From NCBI GenBank assembly GCA_029953675.1, contig JAMWBK010000004.1, positions 3,038,001 through 3,102,000 on the forward strand: a DNA stretch of 64,000 nt, given 5' to 3'. Of this stretch, positions 10,690 through 23,225 are shown piece by piece (position 1 is the stretch's first letter; every line of letters starts with the position of its first letter). The translations under genes and the position numbers were made by a program. The DNA comes from Rhodosorus marinus CCMP1338. Taxonomy: Eukaryota; Plantae; Rhodophyta. Under the pieces are notes generated by a model that was not told where the DNA came from, made no database searches, and was given only the letters and a program-made list of their open reading frames with translations.

Positions 10690-12073
10690 ATGGAGGAAGA
10701 CTCTGACGACGATTTGAGTGTACTGTATGAGGACGTTGAGGGTCTCACAGCTGATTTTGAGAAGCTTTTAGTGGGTGCGAACAGCGATGTGCTTAGTGAT
10801 GTAGTTCTAGAGGGGGAGGATGGGACCAGTATTGAGGCGCATAGTCTTCTGCTTCGCTCTCGGAGCGAGTATTTGAACGTCGCGCTCGGAGGGAATTGGC
10901 GGGAATGGAACGTAAATGCCACGGTTCCTGGTCTAATGTCGAAGCCCGTGGCTTCGACGTCCGCTCTTCATGCCGTCGTAAGGTATATTTACACGGGTGA
11001 AGTCGGTTTCAGTGATAAGAACGTATACGAAATTTTGAACTTGGCTCGTGAGATGCTGCTTGATGATCTGGTGCAGCTGGGGTATGTGTATATAAGGTCT
11101 AGCCTCAAACCGGAGTCCGCGGTATTTCACGCCGGAGAGATCCTCGCCAGTTGTGATCAGAATTTGCTTCAGCTGTTGTGCGAGTTTGTGGCCAAAGCGG
11201 GGCAGGAGATATTGATTACAAACGAATTCACCCATTGTTCGAGGTATGAACTGACCGCCATACTTCAACACGAAAACGTCGGGGTTCATGAGGATGTGGT
11301 CCTCAAAGCAGTTCAGATCTGGGCCGAGGTGTCAGCCGGGTTTGATCGCGAACTGGCGTTCGATCTTGTCTGTCAACTGCTATCGGAAGATCTAGTGCGC
11401 TGTCTAAGCCTTTCAGTAGAGGCGTTCACGTCAATTGAGGACTTGGGCCTTGTTCCGAGTGAAAAGCGCCACCTCCGCAGAATGTACATCGCGTCTCGCA
11501 CCGAAGGCTATCGATACATGATTCCCACTAGCACGTTTCGCCAGAGCCTACGGGGAGCGGTTGCGCACCTCGAGTCCAGCCACCCCCTCACCGGTGAGTT
11601 CAGAGCCGAAGTGCAGCTGACACAAGATACAGATGCCATCTATATCGAGGTGAGATCGAAGCCATCGGCGCAGGGCGACCTTATGCTATCACAGCTTCGA
11701 GCAATGCTGTTGGTTACTGAGAAAATTTCAGTTTGATCTGAAACCTCGAGCTAACCGCATGGAAAACCACATGTATATTTAGGTTGACTCCAGATCTGAG
11801 CTTTCACCGGAGCTTGATCTTGTTTGGTACTCTTTGCGCTCTGGTTCTGTACTTCAGCGTCTCAGTGATTTCAACTATGCGAGGAGCAAGAAGACTTTCA
11901 TGGTTTCTGGGCACAGAATCGGTGTGAAGCTGGTCCACAAGTCGAGGAGGCCGGCAGTGAGTTGTCCACCACCTCCTAAGCCATGCTGGGGCTTCCTCAT
12001 CAAGAGCTACTCTGTTATCAACGGCAAAAGATGGCGAAGGCGAAATCATGCCACGGACTTCTGGCGACGCTAG
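10690..12073 (+). CDS. BTB/POZ (plus BACK-like) domain protein
   Basis: SDVVLEGEDGTSIEAHSLLLRSRSEYL, VVRYIYTGEV, VHEDVVLKAVQIW; probable intron after about 11650 into terminal exon ending 12073; 3' structure approximate. Confidence 0.8.
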
Positions 12074-12193
12074 ATGGAAGCCAAAGCTTGTCCAGTTGGA
12101 TCCAATTGGGGGATCTCTTAATGTAATAAACCTATTATCATCCAACGTTTAGTTGGTTCTATAGTCACAGTTGTTATCTTTCATTAGAAATTA

Positions 12194-12988
12194 CTAAAGT
12201 TGTTTCCCTTGGCGGCCTATTTTCCACATCTGGAAGAACTCGTGTAAAGAAACCCCGTCACTGTGGTTGTTATCCATGAGGTTGAAGACCGTCTCAAACT
12301 CCTTCTCGCTGAGGGGATACTTTCCGTGATCACAAAGCACCCGCCTCAACTCCTCCTTGGACAGAGTACCTGTCTGATCAGTATCGACAGTCTGAAAGGC
12401 TTCGTATACCTCCTCATCGGGAAGCTTGCCCTTGTAATTAACCACGAGAAGCAGGTCTGTGAACGTGATTAATTCGCGTCGCGCCTCCCTGACCTCCTCC
12501 TGCAAAATCTTTATAAACCACTCCGGTTGTTTGAGGTCCCTAAGCAGGCCCGGTAGATCCCTCGTGTTCAGCACGTAAATACCTAAGCACACGCATGTAG
12601 GAGTACTATCAGTAAGCTCCGCCCGCGGAATACTTCAAGTCTGTTCATCTCGGCTTCCACACTATCAAGAATTCCATTATGTTTCGACATGTTGAAGGCT
12701 AAACGGATAGCTTCGCTCACCTCTTGAAGCGCTTCTATACGCATAGACATAAAACTTGCGCTCAGCTAACTTTAAAAACGATGGGGAAAAGTTCCTGGAC
12801 GCTACGGCCAACAGCTCTTCCTTGCTTTTACTTTCTGATTGCAATAGCCTCTCCAGCCCCTCTCGGTCAATCTCTCGTGCCTCCGCTTTACTTCTGGACG
12901 GTCCAATGCTCTGTATAGTCACTTGTCCCTGCTTCTTCTTCTTCTCTGATGCATCCTCACTAACTGTCCACTTTTTTATCGACTTCAT
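12194..12988 (-). CDS. EF-hand (calmodulin-like) protein
   Basis: Two EF loops DTDQTGTLSKEEL and DNNHSDGVSLHEF in 12194-12592; upstream charged exon from ATG 12988 likely belongs to it but internal junctions unresolved. Confidence 0.75.
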
Positions 12989-13793
12989 CTTAACCAAAAG
13001 TAACTAAATAAGATACTGCTTTGAAATGCATCCATCACTAGCAGCAAGCTTCAACACCCAATTTACCGAGCCATCCTTTTCAAGCCTCCAAACTTCTCAC
13101 GTTTCCCCTTCGACTGCCAATTCAGTGCAGTCGTCATGGAGGGAGTGTGTGTATCTCATCACACAAATTTTATGTTATATGACGACCTTTTTTTTTTTTT
13201 GAGTTCAGTACGTGAAGAAATAATTGACAAACATCCTTTCTATTCTGAACATGTTTTTGAAGCTTGGAAGTGTCACTCGCCAAGTTTGTCGCTGTTAGTT
13301 TGGCCAAGAAAATTTATTTACCAAAGAACTTGTTTGGGTGCCGCTGTATTTGAGAGGATTTTTGGGGGTTTTAGGTGAGAAAAATGGAAGTGAAGAGGGG
13401 ATTATTTGGATGTGCAGTACTTGGGGGTTAGGGGGGGAGAAGGACTGCGTTCGAATGAGAGGCACAACGTCTAAGATCCATTTCAGTTGGGTTTTGTATT
13501 GACTTGAATATTAATTCCTGTTAGCATGTGATGGCTCGGCTTTGGCAAGCGCATCGGGGTTCGTTTGGAATATCGAGCTGAGCTGGGAAACAACGTAGAG
13601 AGGGATCAGTATTTTTATTTGTGAACGAGCCTGACACTAATGGATGTTAAATGAAAAGCGTGGATCGGCAGCCGAGCGTTGATATTTACTAAGGATACCT
13701 CTCCAGGACTGGAATACCCGGTCTCATGAGTTTTTTTGATCATCATGGATGAGTTGTGAATCGTCAAGGGTGTGAAATTTTCCTAACAGATTG

Positions 13794-14315
13794 ATGGATA
13801 TGGAGGTTAACTGGATGCCGGTAGCTCTACAAGAAGGCCATGAGGCGATTGAAAGGGGAGAGGTTCCCATTGGATGCGTATATGTGAGTAGTGACGGAAT
13901 AGAGTTGGCAAGAGGCTCCAATCGATGTAACGAAATGAGGGACGGGACTAGACACGCGGAGCTGGTGGCGTATGAGCAAATGGTGCTCAGAATGGGGACT
14001 GCGAGGGTACGCGAAGAATTCAGTCGCGGGGTAGACTTGTACGTCACGTGTGAGCCCTGCATTATGTGTTGTGCTGCATTAGCACTACTGAAGGTGAGGC
14101 ATGTGGTCTTTGGCTGCAAAAACGAGAAGTTCGGAGGCTGCGGTTCTGTTCGAGCGATCCATGAGAGTCGATCTACACGCATTCCCGGGATTGTATCAGT
14201 GAAAGGAGGGGTTTTTGCGGAGGAAGCTATTGAGATGCTGCAGAAGTTTTATACGCAGGAGAATCTCAACGCACCTGAGCCAAAGAAGAAACGCCAGCGT
14301 ACATTGCATACTTAG
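13794..14315 (+). CDS. TAD2: tRNA-specific adenosine deaminase 2 (A34)
   Basis: EVPIGCV, RHAELVA, LYVTCEPCIMC, GCKNEKFGGCGS zinc-deaminase motifs; a very short upstream exon is possible. Confidence 0.92.
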   Translation: MDMEVNWMPVALQEGHEAIERGEVPIGCVYVSSDGIELARGSNRCNEMRDGTRHAELVAYEQMVLRMGTARVREEFSRGVDLYVTCEPCIMCCAALALLKVRHVVFGCKNEKFGGCGSVRAIHESRSTRIPGIVSVKGGVFAEEAIEMLQKFYTQENLNAPEPKKKRQRTLHT

Positions 14316-14733
14316 CGCCCACTGGCTCAAGTACTGGAAGCAAACGAAGCACGGTTGTTCATTGTCTCGGGGGTCAAGGTGATAACCACTCCATGGGCTT
14401 CAAAAGCTAAGCTCACGTCAGCCGTGTTCGCTTTTGTTCATTCCGCGGACGCGGATTGCACAATGGAACAAAGCAGAAGGAGTCAGCTACTTAGCCGCAT
14501 TATCCAACCGCATGGGTGCCAAAGGATAACCTAGAAACTTGGAACATTTGTCATGACCAATTGTAAAAAATAAATATATAGGAAATGCTCCTCAAACTGC
14601 TTCGCCAAGAACTCATGCGAAGAGTCAAATGCTCACGTACTGCTACGTTGAGAAAAGGGCCAAATCGATATTCCGGATCATGCAGCTTCCGACGGGGCGT
14701 TCCAGAACCGTCTTTCAAATGCAAGTGGAGTGA

Positions 14734-15961
14734 TCAGAGTCCTCCAATATCCATTCCTCCGGGGTTGTCTGGGACGATTTTTTCCATTTCCGCAATGATG
14801 TCCTTGTTCGTAGTCACCGCAGCGGGCTTGGGCTCTTCGTCTGCGTCGCCCTCTTCAGTTGGAGGTTTGACCCTTTCTACTTCCTGAGCAGCCTTCGACA
14901 GGGCATCCAAAACCTCCTTATCCAGGTTTTGCGCGTCTATGCTCATTCTGCAAAAGCGAAAATATCTCAGTGCCAGTGCTAAACTAATAGTCTTCGTATT
15001 CATGGAGTTGGAAGCTTCTTACTCTGACGATTCCTGTAGCATGTTTCTCGCCGACCGTAGTACACCTCTCGCCTGGTCGAAAGCTTTATCAAGATCAGCG
15101 AGGGCCTTGCTTCTCAGCTCAGTTTGCTTCTCGATTTGCCTGTCGACGAGAGAGGGGACTTGGGATTAGGAAAGGGAAATTCACAAGGCGAGCGGCTTCC
15201 CAAAGATAACGCATCTACCTCTTAACATTCTGGTGAGCTTGATCTGTTCTTAAAGTGTTGGCCAAATGGTGCATATTGATGAGCAGATTTTCAATGTCCT
15301 CTACCTGCGTCCAACACGAAATCGCGGCCTAAGAACAGGGCGCCTTCCGAAAGTGAAATGGATGTGCGCGAAGGTATACCTCGGTTCGATAAGCTTCAGT
15401 ATTGGGATCAGAGCATAAGCTCTGTACGAGCCTTAAAAATTTGTTGAGTAGCATTTTGTTCAACTTTCTCAGCTCCACAGTACGCCTGTGCAGAAATCTA
15501 TTAGAATCCTGGGTCTTTTTTGTGCCCTCCAGTCGCGAGCTTTCGAAATTTGTTGGTACAACTCACTTCTCGTTCGGGTCGTATAGAACTTTTCTGCCGG
15601 ACTCTTCGAGGTTGGGGAGCTTGTCTTCGGTCTGTTGGCACGAGAACGGATACTTGGTACCGTCAGCACACCCAGGAGGGAAAGTGTGAATAGGCCATTG
15701 CTGCAAAACGGAATCGATCCTGTTTCGTGCCTACCGTGTATACGTCTCCAAACATTGAATAGGTTACACCTCGAGCAGGAGCTTTTGGGGGTACTGATAT
15801 GTAAGAGAAAATCGGAAGCTGGAAACTTGAGCACGAGAGCACACAGATCCGAATCGATAACATACGTTCATTTGCCGTGACTAACCCTTTTCGGACACTC
15901 CGTCTCGATAAAACATTGCAGGCGGCGCAGGCCATTGAGAAACAAACTCGTTATCCGCCAT
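14734..15961 (-). CDS. MED7: Mediator subunit 7
   Basis: Spliced: MADNEFVSQWPAPPAMFY..., PPKAPARGVTYSMFGDVY, KLPNLEESGRKVLY, ELRKLNKMLLNKFLRLV, VEDIENLLINMHHLANTLR; multiple GT-AG introns. Confidence 0.85.
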
Positions 15962-16580
15962 TTTTTAGATCGATCGCACAGAGAAAGGCCACTTCAAGCA
16001 AGACGGAGCCGAATTATCACGAGAACAACTACACCGCTAATCCCCACAAATTGCAGAAAAAGGAGAAAACAGCTGTGACCTGGAGCAAGAAAGCTTTCCT
16101 CAGTGGTACTCCAGCTCTAGACTATCACCTTAAGCTCATTTCAGCTTGCCGCATTTGAACGCTAGGTCCTTCGTACCTTCCGCACCCTTGCATCCCGCGA
16201 CCCACATCCACTCCGTTAGAAGAAGCTTCTCAATCGGAACCCGCAATTTCCCGCTAAACAAGCAGTGGGACAAAATGAACGGGACAAAAGACATCTTATT
16301 GGGACATCCGTGGGGGTACAACTAGCTCTTCATTTCAAGAATTATGCAGGACGAGGGAGTCTTAAATTACTATATTTCAAAATATGCCCCGCTATTTTAT
16401 GCAGTATTCGGTAATTAAGACTTACTATCGTCTTTTTTACGTTCTCCATCGACGTCGATTAATTTCTGCACTATTGGGGTGGTGTGGATGGTGGGGACGA
16501 AACTGCTCGGATTGCGGGAGAAAGGGGGGTGGGTGGCGTGGATGCCTAGATAGGTACATTGTGATGTGTTTAGATTAATC

Positions 16581-17307
16581 ATGTCGAAATCAAAGTAAGC
16601 AATTCATCCTTGAATATTTTGCGTCGATGCTTGTATTGTTGTACGAGTTTTTTTTTTTTTAAAGTGATGATACCTCTCCTTTATGGATTCTCATTGAGTT
16701 CCTTGTCCCCACCGTTTGTAGGGAGAACGTGCCCGATACGAGGGCGGGTTTCACGAATCCAGATAAGCCGACGGGACTTGTAGACACCGAGAAAGTTGAC
16801 GAGTTTGCAACGGGGCCCTTCTCCGTGTTGACGCAGAGCGTCAAAGACAACAAACAGGTGAGGCTTCCTCGAAAAGCTTCGTGGGAGTACAAAATCATCT
16901 TGCCTCTATGCTTTTGCTTGTACCGAGGACGCTCCTAAAACTTGATTGCGTTCGTTTGTGTTCGGTGATAGGTACTCATCAACTGTAGGAACAACAAGAA
17001 GCTACTAGGCAGGGTGAAGGCGTTTGATAGGCATATGAACATGGTAAGATGCGATTTGACAGTGCAGGTGTTGGCGACGCAATTGGAGACGCAATTGGCG
17101 ACGCCATTGGCGACACAATACAGAGCTTAATGTCGACCTTTGCGCCTTTTTTCTTTACAGATTCTGGAAAACGTAAAGGAGATGTGGATCGAGTACCCGA
17201 AGAGCAGCAAAGGTGGAAAGGCAAGGCCAGTCAACAAAGATCGCTTCATCTCGAAAATGTTCCTTAGAGGGGATTCTGTGATTCTTGTTCTTCGGAATCC
17301 GGTCTGA
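16581..17307 (+). CDS. SNRPD2: Small nuclear ribonucleoprotein Sm D2
   Basis: [15 protein letters not shown]|[24 protein letters not shown]|ILENVKEMW...[19 protein letters not shown]; introns 16595-16721, about 16858-16971, 17044-17160. Confidence 0.96.
17071..17118. repeat. 4 x 12-bp tandem repeat inside SmD2 intron 3
   Basis: TTGGCGACGCAA TTGGAGACGCAA TTGGCGACGCCA TTGGCGACACAA read directly. Confidence 0.9.
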
Positions 17308-19675
17308 TTGTGCTTGCCTGAACGTCAGCATGACAGTTGTCGATTGCCTTTGATTGTTAAGTCACATAATTCTATAAGTAGTTAGGACAAGCGGGGTTCG
17401 TCTACCGTGTCAACTTGGCGATTCGGTGGACTGTAACTACTAAACAGAAGCCAAAGCAAAGTGAATGATTGTGCGGGCCTCGTCTGCTGTTAAAGATAGC
17501 GGAGATGAGTTTGAACAACGACGGCAGTAATCTATAGAACGTGTTGGTGTAAGGAACTGGAAGCTCCTCGATGATGTTTTCCTACACTGGTTTGAATAGA
17601 AGCTACTGCGGGGAAGAGAAGCCGTTTTCTTTGTAGAAAGTACGTTTGGCTTTGATTCAAGGGGTACAAGTTGTGCAACTGTACTGCGTACTCTCCGTGT
17701 TGCATGCACAGCATTCGCGACGATCGTGTTTGTACTGACGCTCCTTCGGCCCATTCTGTAACTAACGGAGAGCGACGGTCAGTTACGGAGTTCGTTCATG
17801 ACGTCAACTCGGCAGTTCCGTAGAAAGCGGATTAGATTTCCCTCATGACCATAGACTGTGCAGTGCAAAGTTCCTCCTGGTAGCTTACGGTTCCGATCGG
17901 CACCCCCGAACCGCACGTTGAATACCGGCCTTGTGTCAGCCCGGTTTACTAGGGCGCTGTCAGCTGAAAGACCTACAAAGCTAGGTGACTCTCGTTCAAG
18001 GTCAGCCGGGGATCAGGTACTCCGCTTGTGAATGAGCTCGACCACGTTTCGTATTACATTGGAGGTCGGAAACCTCTCTGTCGGAGTGCGGGCACATGGT
18101 GCGGAAGTTACGAGAGCAGAAATCTTAGGAGTACATGCTGCCAATAAGTAGATTGATTCCACTACTCGCATACGGCGGCGAACGGTAACGCGGAATGACG
18201 AGGGTAACTACAAGGGGAAGACAACGCACCTATGGCTTGCGCAGCAAACCTCTTCTGATGGCAACTCAGAAGGGATTGATAGCCACTGAGTTGAGCCATT
18301 CCATTCATTGAGAAACAGGTGCATTGGCGCACACTTAGAGAGCCATAATGAGCAAAATGCTGGCGGGTGTGTCCTTGACAGAATCTTTCTTACGAGAACT
18401 TTGGCATAAATTTAGTGGGAAAGAAACTGATTCCAAAAGCAACCCACCACCAAGCGTTTTTCGACAAATTCCAAAATATTCTATAAATTTACAATGATAC
18501 AATAGTTTGAATCCGACAAGAGCGTGTTTTGGGGCGGTGTGGTTTGCGATTCCGATCCATGCTAGTTGCAACAGTTAAGGGATTCAGATGCAAACTTAAG
18601 CGATGTCCAGAAGTCAACTTTCTAACCCCCTTAGACGAATACACTACAAAGACAGTCTGTCCATAGATTTTTCCACTTTAAGAATAATTCCGTTTTCGTA
18701 ACAAGTTAGTGGAAAGCAGATCACCCCTGAGCCTTGTACGCTCGCTCTAGAACTACGTTTTTGCCAAGTGAATACATCCGAAAACATGACATACAATAGA
18801 TGCTTATCGAATAACAGAAGAGCCATAGGGCCTGATAAACCAATGGTAGCGGTTGTTTGCTTATTTTGAAGGCGGAGATAGTCTTGGTGTAAAATTCTTC
18901 CATCTGGACCATGGTATCATGGGCAGCGCAGAGTCACTCTGAACAACTAGAACCCTTTTAGAGTAAATCTGTCCTAAAGCAGATCTCTCAACTGACAAGC
19001 TTCTCTTTTTTACAAATTAAGAAGACCAAATAGGGAGAACAATACAGATTTGTGTGCGACTTTTCTGAACAAGTATCCGCCTCAGTAGGACTTTTTTTTC
19101 GCCTATTTGAAATAATATAATAATCTCGAAAACTAAGTTTAGGACCAAAAACCCTAGGCGACGTCTGTCTCAAAAATATTTGGAATTCAATAAATGGGAT
19201 TGGAGAGATTTCTAAGGTTCTCTGAATACTGGAAAACAAATTGAACGTGGGCGAAAATTTGTGCGCGAAAGAGGGTTTTGGGGTTGAAATTTCTCTGTTT
19301 TAGGGAAACTTCAACACACACCTCTGTGAGGCACAGGAAAGGAAAAAGGACAGGAAAAGGAGAGGTTGTAGGAAGTGTTTTTGTAAAAAAAGGCAAAGAA
19401 CAAAGGGCTGGTTGCTTCAAGACGTTGTTTGCTTCTCTGAGCTAGTATCTGTGTGTGGGGAGGGAGGCGGCGCGGATATTCGGAAAAGGGTTTTGTTTCT
19501 TTAAGAGTGTGGTGGCTGAAGGGCGTGATGAATTGTTGTCAAACAAGTGGGTTTAGATTGTGAACGGCTTGATCGTGTCCTTTGTTTTGATTTTTGTCGT
19601 GGGTGATGTAGCAGCGTGGGTTGTAGGCTTTTGTAAAGTGGTTGTTTGAGTTGAGTGCGTAGTGAAAGTTCAAGT

Positions 19676-21707
19676 ATGAAAGGGGTTGATGACCTCTCCC
19701 AGGATCTGGGGCTTATGCGGGTTGAGGATTTGACGCCCGAAGACGATGAGGGTAACATGGAGTACAAGTGGTGCTTGGTCAATCCTTCCAGGGAGCGATT
19801 CATGCAGCTGGTAACTCAGATGAATTTCCGCTTGCTAGAAGGTCAGGGCGAGGCTATTTATCAGGTTGGAGTGGAGGATGATGGACGTCTCAGAGGACTG
19901 CACCCAGACGCACTCGAAGCAAGTTTGCACACTCTTAAGCGAATGGCATCAGAGCTGAAAGCTGAGACAACCGTTATCTGTGAGACTGCTGGAAGGGAGG
20001 GAAAATGTGCGGAAGTCCTTGTGCGCCAGACACCCGAAAGCATTGAGGATTATCATGACTTGAGAGTCGCCGTGGCAGGTTGGCTCCGCAATATCAAAAA
20101 CCCTAACAAGGCTGCGACCGTAGCAAGTTGTTTATGTGGGCTGAACATTGTAAATCTTAACCATTCGCGTTCTGGCTCGTATCGTTGCAGGAAATGTGGA
20201 CAGTGGAAAGTCAACCCTGGTTGGCGTGCTCACCGGTTGCGGGACTCTGGACAATGGTCGCGGCTGTGCTCGTTCGCAGATGTTTACTCACAAGCACGAA
20301 CTCGAGTCTGGAAGAACTTCATGTGTGAGCCAGCAGATAATGGGATTTTCGCCTTGTGGTGAGGTCATCAATTACACAGGAGTGAGGACACTGTCGTGGA
20401 ACGATGTTATTGACAAGGCGTCCAAGGTGGTTACATTTTTCGATCTGGCTGGTCACGAGCGCTATCTCAAGACGACTCTGTTTGGGCTCACTGCCCATGC
20501 ACCCGACTACTGTATGCTTCTTGTGGGTGCTAATATGGGCGTTCTGCGAATGACAAAAGAGCATCTCGTATGTTTCATCGTCGAAGCGCGATTCGCCCCT
20601 TTGTTGTAGTCGTGAGCTGCTGACTTTTTGCTTCCCCCCTGTTTTCTGTTCCTTCCACCTGAGAAGAGCATCGCGCTTGCTCTGAAGGTGCCTGTTTTCG
20701 TAGTTGTGACAAAGGTTGACATTGCTCCTGACCACGTTTGTGAGCAGACAATACAACAGATAGTGAAGCTCTTCAAGGCCTCCAGGAAGATGCCTGTGAT
20801 CGTCAAAAGCGAAGATCAAGTGCCAATGGCAGCGAAGAATATGGCAAACGACCGAGTAGTCCCAATTTTCTATGTGTCCAATGTTACTGGCGAAGGACTC
20901 GGAAATCTTCGCAGCTTTTTGAACCTAATTCCAGGCAGACAGCACTGGGCGGAGAGCAAGAACGAGCCTACAGAGTTTCGAATAGATGAGACTTTCACAG
21001 TTCAGGGCGTTGGAACGTAAGCGAGCATAGGAGTCCCTCCCGTTCATTGCGGCCCGACGTTTCAGGCGACTTGAAAAGGGCTGAATGTCGTGTTTTCTGC
21101 TTTCATGTTCTCCGTTTTTGCAGAGTGGTCGCAGGAACTGTTACCTCTGGAAGCATTTCAGCTGGTCAGTGGCTTTGGCTTGGTCCGGATAGCAACGGCA
21201 AGTTTCTGAAGGTGCAAATAAAGTCGCTCCACTACAAGCGCGTGCCTGTAAAGCGGGTCGTCGCTGGGCAAGCTGGAGCCCTTGCAATCAAGAAGATCAA
21301 GCGGTCCAGCGTGAGGAAGGGAATGGTCTTGCTTGATCTTTCCATGAGAGCAGGTGCAGTGTGGTCTTTCCAGGCTGAGGTTGTGATTCTGTACCACGGA
21401 ACTACCATTAAGGAGGGCTATCAGCCAATCGTGCACTGTGTTACCGTCCGGCAAGCAGCGAAGGTTTGTTGAGCAAATCGGCTCGCCATGGAAGATTCCT
21501 CAATTTGCCATGCACTCACGTGCGTTTTTTGCTTTTGTCTAGGTCATGGGAATGGAGACCGAAGTTATAAGGACTGGTGATCGTGCAAGGGTGACATTCA
21601 GGTTCATGTACTACCCCGAGTACGTGAAGGAGGGTTCCCGGTTCATCTTCCGCGAAGGTCGAACAAAGGGAATCGGCAAGATCACAAAAATCCTGGACAC
21701 GACCTAG
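19676..21707 (+). CDS. GTPBP2: GTP-binding protein GTPBP1/GTPBP2 family (translational GTPase)
   Basis: [84 protein letters not shown]; four canonical introns. Confidence 0.93.
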
Positions 21708-22058
21708 CGTCACGAGAACGAGTGGCTTGGCTTCTGAGGGTAGTTCAAAATGGACTGTACGCGGAGCGCTAACTTTAACAAATTGTGTAATATGTGTAGA
21801 TCGTTGTGTGGTATTTGTGATTCAGTGCGAGCAGGGCTTGCCGCTGTTAAGTAAAGAAGGAATTGAGCGCCAATTTGACGGTGTAGGGGCACCCTTGAGG
21901 TCCTTGGCTTTTGTGCACACACACACCCCTCGGCGAATCGGGAAGGCGGTGTGGGACCTCCATAAAGTCGCTCTACAAACCCGCGTTCCAACAGCGTCAA
22001 GATGATCTTACGTTTGCGAATAGTGTTAATATGACTAGGACTATGTGCAAGAATTATA

Positions 22059-23225
22059 TTACTGAAAGCCGCTCTGCCAGAAGCTCCGTCTCGGTCTCGG
22101 CGTTTTCATGGAACCCGAGGCCGGTAAAGAGGCCGGTGAATACTGGGATACGCCAGGCTGAGAACCCGGAGATTGCCCAGTTACAGCGCCACCTCCCGCG
22201 GGCGTTGCTGCCCCACCTGATCCCATTATGCTCGAGGGGCGCTGATCAGTCGTCCCGGAAAGGTCCTGCGAAAGCGCATCAGCCGAGTACTCGATCACCC
22301 CGACCAACGTCTCACCACCGATGAGTCTTACCCTCCGAGATAGCGCCACTTGGGCTTGGAGCGCTGTTCGATACTGGTAGAATAGAATTGAGCAAAAGCA
22401 ATGTATGAGAATCCAGTGTCTAATGACGATGTCGTGGGAAAGTGTGACTGGAGCAGCAGGGGAGCACTTGTTGCGTGTTGATGTTAAACTTACCAGTATG
22501 TGCATCCAGTTCCCCTTCCCAGAGACATGCCTAACGATTTCTCCATGGTTGCGGAATTCGCGAAGAATGAGGCTTTGCATCGACTGTCCAAAGCCGAAAA
22601 CAGTTACCCAACGATCCGCAGTCTCAGGGTCTGGGGTTCCCATGCTTCCCGCTGGAGATGTCAGGTTGAAACGCGTTCGGCTAGCCGATGTGGTCCCTCT
22701 GCTTGTTGCTGGCGAAGTTCTGTCATAGTCAAACAAACCTCCTCCGTTTCCTTGTGTAGTAGAGTCACGCCGAGGGGTGGAAGAAGGACCGCTCCCTGGA
22801 TAACCGTGCAAATCTGGACCAACAGGGAACGCCTGCGCCTGTGAGCTCTCATCAAGCATTGAGTTGTTCGGCATGTAAGCATCCCGTTTCGTCCTCCTGG
22901 AATCAGACGGAGTGCCGCTTGTACCGGGTCCAGATTCACCAGCCGACTTCGTGTTCGATCGCAGTCGCTCATTGAACTCTACATCGTTTGGTGTAGTGGA
23001 TACATGAGAAGCCCCTAGAAGATTTCCATAAGCTTCCTTGGGAGATGCCTTGCCGGGATCCATTCCAGCTCTAGAAGGCGGGGTATATCCTGAAGACAGA
23101 ATGAAATTCGGTAGCTGTTCTGTCCTGCTCCCTCCCGCACCCGCACTCCCACCCGGTGACTTCGGAGCAAAGGAAACATGATGATCTTGTCCCGATGGGG
23201 TTCCGTACGAGTACGGTGATCTCAT
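22059..23225 (-). CDS. NUP35: Nucleoporin Nup35/Nup53
   Basis: Low-complexity S/P/G arms around the atypical RRM WVTVFGF...ILREFRNHGEIVRH..GNWMHIL|YRTALQAQVALS...LVGVI; one intron. Confidence 0.85.
   Translation of the reverse strand: MRSPYSYGTPSGQDHHVSFAPKSPGGSAGAGGSRTEQLPNFILSSGYTPPSRAGMDPGKASPKEAYGNLLGASHVSTTPNDVEFNERLRSNTKSAGESGPGTSGTPSDSRRTKRDAYMPNNSMLDESSQAQAFPVGPDLHGYPGSGPSSTPRRDSTTQGNGGGLFDYDRTSPATSRGTTSASRTRFNLTSPAGSMGTPDPETADRWVTVFGFGQSMQSLILREFRNHGEIVRHVSGKGNWMHILVSLTSTRNKCSPAAPVTLSHDIVIRHWILIHCFCSILFYQYRTALQAQVALSRRVRLIGGETLVGVIEYSADALSQDLSGTTDQRPSSIMGSGGAATPAGGGAVTGQSPGSQPGVSQYSPASLPASGSMKTPRPRRSFWQSGFQ

Noticed and set aside
15402-15689. Plus ORF containing LKNLLSSILFNFL, superficially MED7-like
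   Set aside because: The true MED7 motifs splice coherently on the minus strand; this is its antisense shadow.
18062-18076. GAGGTCGGAAACCTC hairpin resembling SRP RNA helix 8
   Set aside because: Lacks the conserved AGCAG partner strand and any Alu-domain context.
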